From a virus: DNA of 64,000 bases. This document shows positions 39,975 to 50,665 of this stretch, in pieces. The position numbers and the translations under genes are program-made. The stretch is taken from IMG/VR virus record IMGVR_UViG_3300028283_000002, positions 6,438 to 70,437 of that record, one strand, 5' to 3'. The notes under the pieces are model-generated. The model had not been told where the DNA came from. It made no database searches and was given only the letters and a program-made list of their open reading frames with translations. Numbering within the stretch: the first letter of the stretch is position 1; every line of letters starts with the position of its first letter.

Positions 39975-40539
39975 ATTGGGAACAAAATTTGGATCATTAA
40001 CAGTTATAAAATATTTAGGATCTATAAAATATCAAAATTCTTATTTATGTGAATGTGATTGTGGGAAAGATCGAAAAGTTAGTTTAACTCATTTATTAAA
40101 CGGAATTGTTGAGCACTGTGGATGTAGAAACTTTTTAAACGTTCACGGTAATAAAAAATACAACGAAACAGAATCAAGTTATAGGGCGAAAGCTTCCAAT
40201 TACAGAGCTATCGCTAAAATTAGAAAACTGGAATTTACACTAACTACTTTAGATGTGATAGAATTATTAAAAGGAAATTGTTTTTATTGCGGTAAGGTGC
40301 CATCAAATGAATTTAATGTTTTATTAAATAGGCGCAATACTTATTACGTGAACGATATTGATAAATATAATATATTATACAATGGTATAGATAGAATAGA
40401 TAATAATATTGGATATGTGAAAAATAATGTAGTTTCATGTTGCGATCAATGCAATACAGCTAAATTGGATAACACAATAGAAGAATTTAAAAATTGGATT
40501 AAAAGAGTTTACGAAAATCTAATTGATAATAAATCATAA
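39958..40539 (+). mobile_element. HNH homing endonuclease
   Basis: GTKFGSLTV...CECDCG...HCGC N-domain; CFYCG...GIDRIDNNIGYVKNNVVSCCDQCN. Confidence 0.85.
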
Positions 40540-41742
40540 ATTATTCCAATCTTTATTTAGTTTAATAACATCGTTACATAGTATAAACTTACCAAAAAAT
40601 AATATCCAATATTCTTCCATACGTCTAAAATCCAATCTCCAACGATCTTCTTTTAGATATATGATAGTCCATTTAGACCAGAATATCCAATATTTTTTGT
40701 CTCCGTTCATATCATCCAAAAATCCAAAACCCTAACCCTATAAATAATATAAATATAATAATAACTAGTATTACTGCAACAGGGGTGAATTCTTCTAATT
40801 CTTTATCTGTTCCGTAAAAATTGAACATCATCATGTTTTTCAATTTTTCACCGTCTTCACCGTCAAACCATCCCATATTAAATAAATATTTTTAATATTA
40901 AGTAAACACCTAATGATATTCCAGTATAATGAAACCATAATCTCATCCAATTAAATTGGAGAACTTTTGGTATTTCTCTACCTTTCTTTATATAAAGAGC
41001 TAACTCTTGTGTAAAAAACATAGCAACCATAAAAAGTAACATACCAGTACAACTGATTATAGTGAAAAGAGTTTCCATATTACATATCTTTAATTTGTTC
41101 TAAATCATCGTCACTTGGATAATACTCCACTAATACCCTAACAATACCTGAAAATTCAGAAGGTACTTTATTCTTATTTTCAAATGTTAGTAATTCAGAC
41201 ATATCCCTATCTAAATCAAACATATCTTCAAATCCGTAATAATCTTTCTCGAAAAGTAAAACTCCCTGATTACTGGTTTGCTGTTCCATTATTTTTAAAA
41301 GAACATCAGATTTATCACCAATTACCTTTTTAGCTAATTCGATTTTATCTTGACCAAATGTTTCATCAAAAGCAACTCTTTTATCTTTATTTTCAAAAGA
41401 AACTACTGTCTTTTTAGATTCAAGTTTTTCTTTCAATAACTCTTTTTTGGTCATTTTTAACCTTTTGTAATCAATAGGAATTTTTGTTTCAAAATACTTA
41501 TCTAAAATATCAGATGCGTAGTACTCTTTAATAGTCATTCCAAATTGGTTCTCAATGAGAAATTCAAAAATTTCTTCTCTTACACAAGTATCACCAAATC
41601 CCCACTGCAAAGCCTCGCCCTGTAAGTGGTCTGGTAAACAGTTAAAAAATTCTAATCCTTGTGTATCAAATGGAAGGTCATCTAAATAGATGCCTTTATC
41701 ACCATCTAGTATTTTCTCAAATTGTTCTTCTGTGAATATCAT
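40534..41742 (-). CDS. Run of small hypothetical genes (40534-40719, 40714-40875, 40878-41078, 41080-41742)
   Basis: ORF track plus a manually translated 53-aa membrane peptide. Confidence 0.5.
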
Positions 41743-41944
41743 ACTTCTCTTACATTTCTTGGTGGAACAGTATAAAAGTCTCCGTATTCGTCAACTAAAT
41801 AAGCCATGCCACCTTTGGTTAATTTGACTATTGTTAATTCTGTTTTATTATCTTTTGTGGAAATAATTTTCCTTAATCCACCACGTCTCCAGTGACGTAA
41901 ACTTTATGACCAATGTTTTCTTTTATAAAATCGTGGTTTTTCAT
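41741..41944 (-). CDS. Small SH3-like protein split by a frameshift near 41885
   Basis: MKNHDFIKENIGHKVYVTG / GGLRKIISTK...FYTVPPRNVREV* in two frames. Confidence 0.5.
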
Positions 41945-42393
41945 TTTGAGTGATGTGTTTTATTAGCACTAATATAAATAAATTCCAAAATTGAAAATAA
42001 ATGAACTGTTATAAATTGTAACTCCCCCTCACCATTTTCAAGAAAGGATATTTTATATCTATCTCTAGATAAGGTATCGACTTCTGTTATTTGTGGGTTA
42101 ACAACTCCCTCTTTAAAAACCAAATAGTCTTTAAGTAATACTCCGCTTAAGGAGTTAGAAAATGTTTGTATGTTTAACATATTTCTTCAAATTTTAAATT
42201 ATCAACTTCCTGTTTAGCAATATCGTGCTTATCAAACCTTCTAACTTCACCGTCGCCAGTTTTCATATAACCCCAACCGTACCAACGATGTTTCATAATA
42301 GCAAAATACCACGTGTTATAATGTTTATACTTCACGATCTTGTACAAGTTTTCTTCTCCCTTGTCTTTATTTTTGTATAGAAAATTCAACATA

Positions 42394-43161
42394 TTATTTG
42401 CTTTCGTTAAATTCTTTTTCCGTTACTTTCATTATAGGTACAAATAAATCGTACCCGTTATCCATTTCAAAATGGTTAATATCTTCTTCAAATACTTCAC
42501 CAAACTTATGACGCCAATAAATAAAAACTTGTTTATCTGCGTGCCATTGAGCCACATCAGCGTTTCTACACTCCCCAAAATAACACCCACCGTCAACTAA
42601 ATCTTTTAATGGAATTGCCCCAGCTTTAACTAATCTTGGAGCGTAAAAATTATCCATAAGAGCTTTATCACAACGAGGAGGAAGTGGAATATGTTGCTTT
42701 CCATTTTTAACATCTTCCTTATCAAATGGTTTAAGATTATTCCAAAAATCAAGATGATCTCTTCTAGTTTTAGTTATAGCGTCAACAAAAACTTGTGGTA
42801 AATAAACATTATCAAAATGTATAAATTGCTTGAACATAGGGGCAATTGCACATGGATCATATCCAGCTAAACCACAACCAATTGGAGTGACCATAAAAGT
42901 AAGTTCTGGATGTTCTCTTACGAACAACACAAACTTTTTAACTGCATCGTGTATGAAATCTATTCTAAGTCTTTTAATACCTTCGTCTTTAGTTGGGATA
43001 GCGTAAGTTTGACCCATAATACCTTCGCCTTGTCCGTAGGCAGCTCCCCATTTCACAGCTTGTTTAGCTGCACCCTTTCCGTGCCTACCCGCAGTGTTCG
43101 ATCCAAACACAAATACCTCATTATCTTTTAGATCTGTTATTTTTTCAGGTGTGATTTTCAT
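42394..43161 (-). CDS. Macrodomain-like protein (A1S_2505-type) fused to a second domain
   Basis: VFVFGSNTAGRHGKGAA, GQTYAIPT, VTPIGCGLAGY. Confidence 0.8.
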   Translation of the reverse strand: MKITPEKITDLKDNEVFVFGSNTAGRHGKGAAKQAVKWGAAYGQGEGIMGQTYAIPTKDEGIKRLRIDFIHDAVKKFVLFVREHPELTFMVTPIGCGLAGYDPCAIAPMFKQFIHFDNVYLPQVFVDAITKTRRDHLDFWNNLKPFDKEDVKNGKQHIPLPPRCDKALMDNFYAPRLVKAGAIPLKDLVDGGCYFGECRNADVAQWHADKQVFIYWRHKFGEVFEEDINHFEMDNGYDLFVPIMKVTEKEFNESK

Positions 43162-43943
43162 AGTACTCCGATCTCTTTCAATTTCTTATTATCGTATATT
43201 TCAATATTTATATCTTTATATTTTTCTATAAACTTATCATACTTAATTTTAGCATCTTCTCTCCACCATCCTTTTATTTCAATGTATTTATTATCGTCTA
43301 TTAAATAGAAGTCTGGCGTGTATGTTTCATTATCGTTTATTGAAAAGGGTTTAATTTCATATCCCCATTTTATTTTATTTCTATCAAGGTATTCAGCAAA
43401 TTTAATTTCCCATGAGCTTCTCATCCATATTTTTTCTTCGTTTAAGATATACCACTGACCCTTCCCGTGATATGACTTTCCATAAAAATTACTATCCTCA
43501 CCTTTTCTAACATTCAATTTTGATTTTTCTCTCATCTTTTCCAAACTATCCTCTGTGTGTTTTTTCCCATGAAAGGGGTTACCGTCACCTGAGAATTTTA
43601 TACTCAATGTTTTTTTAACATCATCTGGACATTTAGTTCCAGTTCTAGCTTTTCTAATAGCGTCTTTAACATATTGAGGTCTCTCTTTCCCTTCTAATGG
43701 GTGTTTATGAGTTTTATGCCATTCCACTAATTTTTTATTTCTAATATCTTTATTCACATTAGCATTTACTTCATTGGAACATTGTAAACATAAATTTATT
43801 CTTTTGGCATCTCTATATTTTTTTTCAACAACAATCCCACATTTATTACATTTCCATATTACTAATTTACAACTACACGGTTTTAAATCTTTTATATCGT
43901 ATCCATATTCATCTAATGTTTCATTTTCTAAAATTTTTCCCAT
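43158..43943 (-). mobile_element. NUMOD3-motif PD-(D/E)XK putative homing endonuclease
   Basis: NPFHGKKHTEDS NUMOD3 repeats; MRSSWE...YTPDFYL...IEIKG. Confidence 0.8.
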
Positions 43944-44005
43944 ATTATTTTTATATTTTTATGTATATATAAAAATAATTCAGTCACATTACTTCCAAAT
44001 ACAAA

Positions 44006-44194
44006 TTATATACCTTTCCCCATTCTTACTAATTCGTCATAAATTGGTTTAATCTTTCCAGTTTCCCAAATGGTCATAGGTTTACATCCCATAGGAATGC
44101 TCTCAGTATTTAACCACATGTTGAAGTTTTGAAGATTTCCAAAAACCTCTTTTCCTTTTTTAATAGTGATAGGTTTTGTTACTTTTGCTTTCAT
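44006..44194 (-). CDS. Orphan Xre/MbcA/ParS antitoxin C-terminal (toxin-binding) domain
   Basis: GKEVFGNLQNFNMWLNTESIPMGCKPM...DELVRMGKGI matches the EVFG..WL..P..L.RI..G consensus. Confidence 0.65.
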   Translation of the reverse strand: MKAKVTKPITIKKGKEVFGNLQNFNMWLNTESIPMGCKPMTIWETGKIKPIYDELVRMGKGI

Positions 44195-44635
44195 TCGTGT
44201 TCGAATATAGTGTCCACTTTATCTGTAATTACCAAATCAAATCCTTCAAACTCGCTTGGTATATCACCAATATCATTAACATCTTTTACTTGAATGGCTA
44301 TTGCTAGTTTACCGTTATACTTTTCAAAATAAATATTTTGAATGTTTTTATTATGATTAAATAAATTCCTTAATTTTTCTATTACTCCTACCATATTACA
44401 ATTTATTATTTTTTCTAATTTTTTTAACAATAAAATATGTTGGTACAATCATACCTATAATATAAATTATAATCGCTAATGTCGAACTATACTGTTGAAC
44501 CTCTCTTGCTATAACTATTGCCACAATAGCAATTGAAAACATAATAGGAAGAAACATAACTTTCTTGTCCCTAAAAGCAATTATTAAAAAAGATAGGCAT
44601 ATTAAACCACCTATTATAAATAAAACATTCAACAT
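44191..44635 (-). CDS. Two small hypothetical genes (44191-44448; 44396-44635 membrane)
   Basis: ORF track. Confidence 0.45.
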
Positions 44636-44735
44636 CGCAATATTTTTATTCTAAATACAAAGATAAATATATTTTTTCGAATTAAAAACTTTATCAGTAA
44701 AAAAATATAGAACCACAAAAAGAATAATATCCCCA

Positions 44736-45929
44736 ATGGGTTCTACAAAATACTTATATCAATTTATACCAGATAAGTTTGAATATCTCACTAAAACCAA
44801 AGTAATTGAATTCAAGGAAGTTAATCTCAAAACAGCTTACCTTATTAATATAATTCACGAACTCATTCTTAAATTTTATTTTTCTAATAGAAACTATATT
44901 GATCTTGAACCAAATGAAGATATAAAATTTAATCTTTGGAGCTCTATCTTACGTAAGAAGTACGGAATGCACTACAATATTTACATGGAATATCTTGTAA
45001 ATATTGGTTTTATATCTATGACTTCTGATTATTACGTTGGTAAGAAAGCCAAGACATATAAGATAAACCCATTTGAGATAAATACTATAAAGAAAGTAAA
45101 AACTAACGACACCATACTAGCCAAGAAAAGCACTAAAGAATATTTAATGCAATCAATTACAAGCTATTGTAACAGCCCAATTAATCCAAAGATAAGAAAG
45201 AAACTCGTTGACGACCTTTATCACGTTCAAATAGATTACGAAAAATCTATTAATCTACTCAACGACTTAAAGAAGAACGGTAAAATAGAAATTAATAAAT
45301 TTTATAAAAATCTTCATAGTGTTGAAAGTATTAAATCCAATAACCTATTTTTCAAATTTGACGAGTACGGTAGATTCCATACGAACTTCACAATTCTTAA
45401 AAGAGAAATAAGACAAAATTTCTTAAAGATTGATAACGAAGAAATTGTAGAGATTGATATTGGCAACTCACAACCTTTATTCTTAGCCTTATTATTACAA
45501 GAAGAAATGCAACCAGATGATCCAGAAATCAATAATTACATATGGTTGGCAAGACAAGGATTATTTTACGAACACATATTAAATAATTTCACCAACTTAA
45601 CTAGGAGTGATGTTAAACTATTAACCTACAAAGTATTATTTGGTCATAACGGTATAAACTCAACAGAAAATAAAATATTTCAAAGTTTATTTCCAAAAAT
45701 ATATGACTATATAATTGAATATAAGAAGGTTAATGATAATTATAAATCAATGGCGCATATACTTCAAAAGATGGAGAGTGATTTCATATTTGGTAAAGTT
45801 GTAACTGAGATATATGATAAGATACCAGGTATAAGGTTATTCACTGTACATGACTCAATTTTATTTCCTATTAAATACGAGAAGCAGGTGAGAGAAATAT
45901 TTGAAAGAAATAAGAAGGAAATATTTTAA
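44736..45929 (+). CDS. PolA-palm-like protein with N-terminal putative wHTH
   Basis: GRFHT, EIDIGNSQP (motif A-like), LQKMES, TVHDSIL (motif C). Confidence 0.6.
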   Translation: MGSTKYLYQFIPDKFEYLTKTKVIEFKEVNLKTAYLINIIHELILKFYFSNRNYIDLEPNEDIKFNLWSSILRKKYGMHYNIYMEYLVNIGFISMTSDYYVGKKAKTYKINPFEINTIKKVKTNDTILAKKSTKEYLMQSITSYCNSPINPKIRKKLVDDLYHVQIDYEKSINLLNDLKKNGKIEINKFYKNLHSVESIKSNNLFFKFDEYGRFHTNFTILKREIRQNFLKIDNEEIVEIDIGNSQPLFLALLLQEEMQPDDPEINNYIWLARQGLFYEHILNNFTNLTRSDVKLLTYKVLFGHNGINSTENKIFQSLFPKIYDYIIEYKKVNDNYKSMAHILQKMESDFIFGKVVTEIYDKIPGIRLFTVHDSILFPIKYEKQVREIFERNKKEIF

Positions 45930-46570
45930 TCATCATCCCATTCTTCTTCACCGTATGGATCGAAAGGATTTATTCCTCCAATGATCTTTATTGGTTTTCT
46001 ATGATCTATGTAGAAAGATTTACCGTCTTCTGTATAAATTTTTAACAGATCTCCTTGATGAATAGCATCCAGTGAAATTGTAATTTTTACTGGAACACAT
46101 TTAGCTATTTTTTTAATATTTGGATTAGAAGCATTAAAATTCGATAAAGCATCAGCGTTTTTACTTCCTGTAAAAGTAATTTCTTTTCCAAAATATTTCT
46201 CAAATTCTTTCATAAACGTATCTATGAAAAAGAATCTACCTGTTGGTGATATATCAAAATATACACTATGTCTTCTATCACTTGATCTAACTAAATAAGG
46301 TGTACAGTATTGACTTTCACTGGCTCTGTGATATATTACGTCTTCAACATTCATTATAGCGTTATGAGAAGTACTCATATTACATTTAAAAGTTTCAGAC
46401 ATGAAGTTATTTGTGTGGAAAGACACTATTCTACCAACAAGATGGTCTCTGAAAATTTCAGCCATTTTTTCACCAGCTTCAGTATCAATTCTTCTAATAT
46501 CATCAGAGAAACTAATAACTTTATCAGTTTTCATAGCCTCATTTAAAAAATTATTGAATTTAGTTCTCAT
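45926..46570 (-). CDS. CTS-like N-terminus, two putative beta-barrels, DPYGEE tail
   Basis: MRTKFNNFLNEAMK ... FDPYGEEEWDDD*. Confidence 0.75.
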   Translation of the reverse strand: MRTKFNNFLNEAMKTDKVISFSDDIRRIDTEAGEKMAEIFRDHLVGRIVSFHTNNFMSETFKCNMSTSHNAIMNVEDVIYHRASESQYCTPYLVRSSDRRHSVYFDISPTGRFFFIDTFMKEFEKYFGKEITFTGSKNADALSNFNASNPNIKKIAKCVPVKITISLDAIHQGDLLKIYTEDGKSFYIDHRKPIKIIGGINPFDPYGEEEWDDD

Positions 46571-46914
46571 TTTTCCCAAACTTCTTCACCGTAAGGATCT
46601 AACTCAGAGTGAGGATTAATTTTTCTTTTCTTTTTAATTTCAATAGCCTCTTTGTACGTCTTTGGACATTCACCTCCAACCATATCAAACTCTTTTTCTG
46701 TTAATACTATCGCTTTATAAGTATATCCTAAAGCAAATATAGCGTCTTTGGCTGATAGATTATGGTTTTGACGTTTTAATTTACCGTCAACATACATACC
46801 AATCCAATCACCGTCTGTACTTTCTACAAATCTTATAACTGGATCTGGTCTTTCATAAGAAGATTCATCACTTAGATTTACACCTATTGCTTCATTAAAT
46901 TTTTTAATTTTCAT
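46567..46914 (-). CDS. CTS-like N-terminus plus DPYGEE tail protein
   Basis: MKIKKFNEAI ... ELDPYGEEVWEK*. Confidence 0.8.
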   Translation of the reverse strand: MKIKKFNEAIGVNLSDESSYERPDPVIRFVESTDGDWIGMYVDGKLKRQNHNLSAKDAIFALGYTYKAIVLTEKEFDMVGGECPKTYKEAIEIKKKRKINPHSELDPYGEEVWEK

Positions 46915-46960
46915 ACTCTTATATATTATTTTTTAAATTGAAGTTTTAATATATAGTTTT

Positions 46961-48055
46961 ATGATTAAAGATTATTTAAAGTTTAACGAATCCACAAAAC
47001 CTATATGGTATTACGATAGAATCATAGCTCACGGAGGGCTTAGATTTTGGGGCGACGACGGACAGTATAACGTAGACATAGAAGGTCAAACTGGTAGGGT
47101 TGCTTCTATTAAAGGGGGTGGGTATAAGATGGTTGGAATAGTCTTTGATAATTATTTTTTTAACCAACTCACAGACTTAGATAAGATTTTAAAATTTAAA
47201 AGAGGTTTATGGGTAGGTATGGATCAACTTGAAAAAGTTGTAATTGAAAAACCAAAAATAGAAAGAAGACCACTATCTTTTTCAGATAAAGCTAAAAAGG
47301 TCATTGAATATTGTGAATACGTAGATTGCCCATTATTCCTAGATATAGATTATATAGATATTACTGAAAAGAACGACACTGTATCTTATATAACAAGAGA
47401 TAGATTAGAAAGATTGAGTTACGACGATGATCAATGGGATAATAATTTAAGACAAGAAATGAAGGTTAGTAAACTAATCATGATGATAACACCCTATACT
47501 AATCAAGTTAGTTTAGAAAAGAAAGTAAATTTATTTAAATCTGCACATAACTCTATTATTACAAATAAAGCAACTTTTAAAATAGTAAAAGGTGACGAAA
47601 TAGGTAAATGGTATAACGAAGACTCTTATCAAGAAGGAACAGGACAATTAAACAAATCTTGTATGAGAGATAAAATGGACAGACTATCAGTTTATTATAC
47701 CAATCCAGATAAAATAAGTATGTTAATATTATTAAACGAAGACAATAAACTAGTTGGTAGAGCACTTGTTTGGAAAGTAGATGAGCCAGAAGGTGTTACC
47801 TATATGGATAGAACATATACAGTATATTCAGAAGACGTGCATAGATTTGAAGACTACGCTAGACAACACGGTTGGAAATATTTTGAAATGTATAGATATA
47901 CAGGAATGAAAGTATATTTTGATTACGATTTGGGGTCAGACGAAGAAAACCCCTACATGGACACATTTACAAATTATTACTCTGATATTAAATGTTTAAC
48001 AAATAAATATATTGATGGGCATCAAGATGAGTTAATAGACTTTACATACGTATAA
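46961..48055 (+). CDS. SCM/RALLW/YMDR family paralog 2
   Basis: MIKDYLKFNES; GQLNKSCM, NPDKI, GRALVW, YMDRTY, NPYMDTF. Confidence 0.8.
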   Translation: MIKDYLKFNESTKPIWYYDRIIAHGGLRFWGDDGQYNVDIEGQTGRVASIKGGGYKMVGIVFDNYFFNQLTDLDKILKFKRGLWVGMDQLEKVVIEKPKIERRPLSFSDKAKKVIEYCEYVDCPLFLDIDYIDITEKNDTVSYITRDRLERLSYDDDQWDNNLRQEMKVSKLIMMITPYTNQVSLEKKVNLFKSAHNSIITNKATFKIVKGDEIGKWYNEDSYQEGTGQLNKSCMRDKMDRLSVYYTNPDKISMLILLNEDNKLVGRALVWKVDEPEGVTYMDRTYTVYSEDVHRFEDYARQHGWKYFEMYRYTGMKVYFDYDLGSDEENPYMDTFTNYYSDIKCLTNKYIDGHQDELIDFTYV

Positions 48056-48079
48056 TAAAATATTTATATATAGAAGACA

Positions 48080-49501
48080 ATGGAAAATATGTTAAAATAT
48101 CAAGAATTTATAAATGAGTCTAAGATAGACTCCACTTACGCTGATAACGAGAATAAGCATAGATTATTATTTTCTGAAACTATAAGTAAAGATTTTTCTG
48201 AAAGGAGAAACGAATTTCCTCTATTTTATCAATTCTATTTAGATTCTGACGTATTTTACGGTCTTAGATTTATTACAGATAATGATGATATAGATAGAAT
48301 TGTAGATGATTACGAAAATATTAGATTCACTCTACTTCTATCTAGATCTTATAGAGATACAGAAGACGAACTCCCTGGTGATCATAAACACCTTTTAACA
48401 TACGAAGGCGGTAGATTTAATCTTTCACAAATTATAGAAAATAAAGAAAATTATTATTTTTATAAAATAGTTGAAGGGCCTAGAAATAATAATATACCGA
48501 ATTGGGATGAAGCTGTTGATTTTGAACAAATTAACGAAAAGAGATGGATATTTGTTATAAGAAAAGAATCGACTTGTTCTTTGGTTAAAACTGAATCAAG
48601 AGAGAGTAGTGGCACTTGGGCTGAAAGACATTTATCTAAATTGTATGGTTGGAAAGAAGATCCAAAAAAAATAAAATTAAATTTCACTTATAACGGTGCT
48701 GCTATTACAAGGGCTAATGGTTTAATAAATACAGTTTTTAATTCGACTGATGCTGATATATTTGAAATAGAAGATAATCCAGAAACTTGTTTCAAATACG
48801 ATCTAGTTATGCCGGATGGTAAAAAAATAGAAGTGAAAAAATATAATATAAAAGAAATTTGGAAAAATAACGCACCTGTTCCTATCTTACTAGCTCAACA
48901 AATTAGAATGGCTAGTAGAGAAACACTTGTTAAAATTGTGAGAATGTACAGAGATTTATTAGAAGAAGACACACCCGAATATGACGCAGTAAATGATTTA
49001 GTAGAAATGCAACCAAGAGAACTTCAAGATTATTTCGATGTTAGAAAACAACCAGGCGGAAGATTAAATCCAATATGTACAACTATAAAAGCCTATTATA
49101 ATTCAAGAATAAGAAGACTTGTGGAAAAATTTAACGCGATGAACCAAAATCTTTGGATGCAAGGCATTTACGGTATTTATTTTTGCGATGAAGATAGAAC
49201 TACTAGAAAAAGAGATTTCCTTGTTAAAGTTGGTGAAAACGGTGTTAGGAATTTCAATTATTTCTGGAGAGAATTTAATAGTTGGTTGGGGTTCAACGAA
49301 TTAAAATTATTTATGACTGTAAAAGGTGAAGCGTGGGAATACATCTTATCTGAATGGGACACTTTTGTTAGGACTTTTCAAGTAGAGAATCACGAAGAAT
49401 ATCTTGCTGATATTGAAAATGGTGAAATAGATATAGATGATAAGACGTATAAATATAACGATATGGATCACTATTGGGTAGAAGAGCCAAAAGAAGATTA
49501 A
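48080..49501 (+). CDS. CTS-bearing protein with PD-(D/E)XK-like nuclease motif
   Basis: MLKYQEFINESK; WAERHL...FKYDLVMPDGKKIEVKK. Confidence 0.55.
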   Translation: MENMLKYQEFINESKIDSTYADNENKHRLLFSETISKDFSERRNEFPLFYQFYLDSDVFYGLRFITDNDDIDRIVDDYENIRFTLLLSRSYRDTEDELPGDHKHLLTYEGGRFNLSQIIENKENYYFYKIVEGPRNNNIPNWDEAVDFEQINEKRWIFVIRKESTCSLVKTESRESSGTWAERHLSKLYGWKEDPKKIKLNFTYNGAAITRANGLINTVFNSTDADIFEIEDNPETCFKYDLVMPDGKKIEVKKYNIKEIWKNNAPVPILLAQQIRMASRETLVKIVRMYRDLLEEDTPEYDAVNDLVEMQPRELQDYFDVRKQPGGRLNPICTTIKAYYNSRIRRLVEKFNAMNQNLWMQGIYGIYFCDEDRTTRKRDFLVKVGENGVRNFNYFWREFNSWLGFNELKLFMTVKGEAWEYILSEWDTFVRTFQVENHEEYLADIENGEIDIDDKTYKYNDMDHYWVEEPKED

Positions 49502-50665
49502 TTACAAATACATATCATTACTTACCTGGTTAACATTACTTGTATTTCTTACTTGAAAATTAGTATTTGCTGATATAAAACCAGAACCAACTGGGCTTCT
49601 TATTGGTTTATAAGGAGATATAATATCAGAATTCTTTATAGTGGCATCAGGAGCACCTCTAGCCACACTTCCCTCAACGTCAAAACTAACTAGATAAGTA
49701 TTATTAGGATAAACTTTTAATATTTTAACAGGAGCTGGTTCACCTGTTAGATTGTGGGTGATCATAACATAATCGTCTTTAATTGGATCAAATCTTTTTT
49801 CGTAGAGTTGATAACTCATAACGTGATTAAACCCTTCATTTCTTGCGTTTTCCATAGCTCTTATCCTTCCTTTTATTGTCTCTATTTCGTTCGAGAGAGT
49901 TTCGTAATCTTTTGTACCTTTTTTGGTTCTTGCCAGTGTAGCCTCGTAACCTTCGAGTGTTTGTCTTAGTAGAGCAAGTCTTCTTAATCTATTTTGAATT
50001 GGATCTTTTTCTGCTTGTTGATTGGGTCTCGCTGCTCTCCTAGCTCTTGGTGGTGCTTGATAATTGTAATCTTTATCTTTTGAAGAAGACTGTTTTTTCT
50101 CTGGTCTTGTTTTAGCTTTACCACTTTGGATGAATGGATAAACTGTATCTAAAATAAATATTTTAAAATCTGCGTAATTTAATCCAGATACCTTGTAATC
50201 GTAATCTTTTTCACCATATTTTATATTAACATGAAAAACAGGCATACGGATAGTATTATCGAAAGTGACCACAAAATCTAAATTCACGTGACTTATATGT
50301 AAATTATCACATTCTATTTTTATATAATTACGATTAGGAATAGATAGATAACAGTCTCTATAATTCCTATATATGAATTGAACAACAGCGTTCCAAGTAT
50401 CTTGAAATTCTTGTTTTTGTCTTTCTTCTTCTTGTTTTTGTCTTTCTTCTCTTTCTTCGGTCTCTCTTCTCTGTCTTTCAGCTCTTTCTTCTCTTTCTCT
50501 TTTTTCTTTTTCTGCTTTTTCTTTAGCCATTTTTTCTTTAGTTCTCAAAGAAGGTTCACCCTTGATATCTTTACCAGTGGCAACTTCGTAATCTAAAAAA
50601 TTTCTCATCCATTTTGGACTTCTATAAATCGCTTCATTCGCCTTCTGGTTTCTCATTCTTACCAC
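49502..50665 (-). CDS. Multi-module protein with coiled coils and C-terminal Tudor/SH3-like domain
   Basis: E/R/K-rich coil; internal NEGFNHVMSYQLYEK followed by VKILKVYPNNTYLVSF. Confidence 0.65.
   Translation of the reverse strand: MVRMRNQKANEAIYRSPKWMRNFLDYEVATGKDIKGEPSLRTKEKMAKEKAEKEKREREERAERQRRETEEREERQKQEEERQKQEFQDTWNAVVQFIYRNYRDCYLSIPNRNYIKIECDNLHISHVNLDFVVTFDNTIRMPVFHVNIKYGEKDYDYKVSGLNYADFKIFILDTVYPFIQSGKAKTRPEKKQSSSKDKDYNYQAPPRARRAARPNQQAEKDPIQNRLRRLALLRQTLEGYEATLARTKKGTKDYETLSNEIETIKGRIRAMENARNEGFNHVMSYQLYEKRFDPIKDDYVMITHNLTGEPAPVKILKVYPNNTYLVSFDVEGSVARGAPDATIKNSDIISPYKPIRSPVGSGFISANTNFQVRNTSNVNQVSNDMYL

Noticed and set aside
44736-45929. Replicative DNA polymerase I
   Set aside because: Only palm-like motifs in 397 aa and no exonuclease domains; reported only as PolA-palm-like
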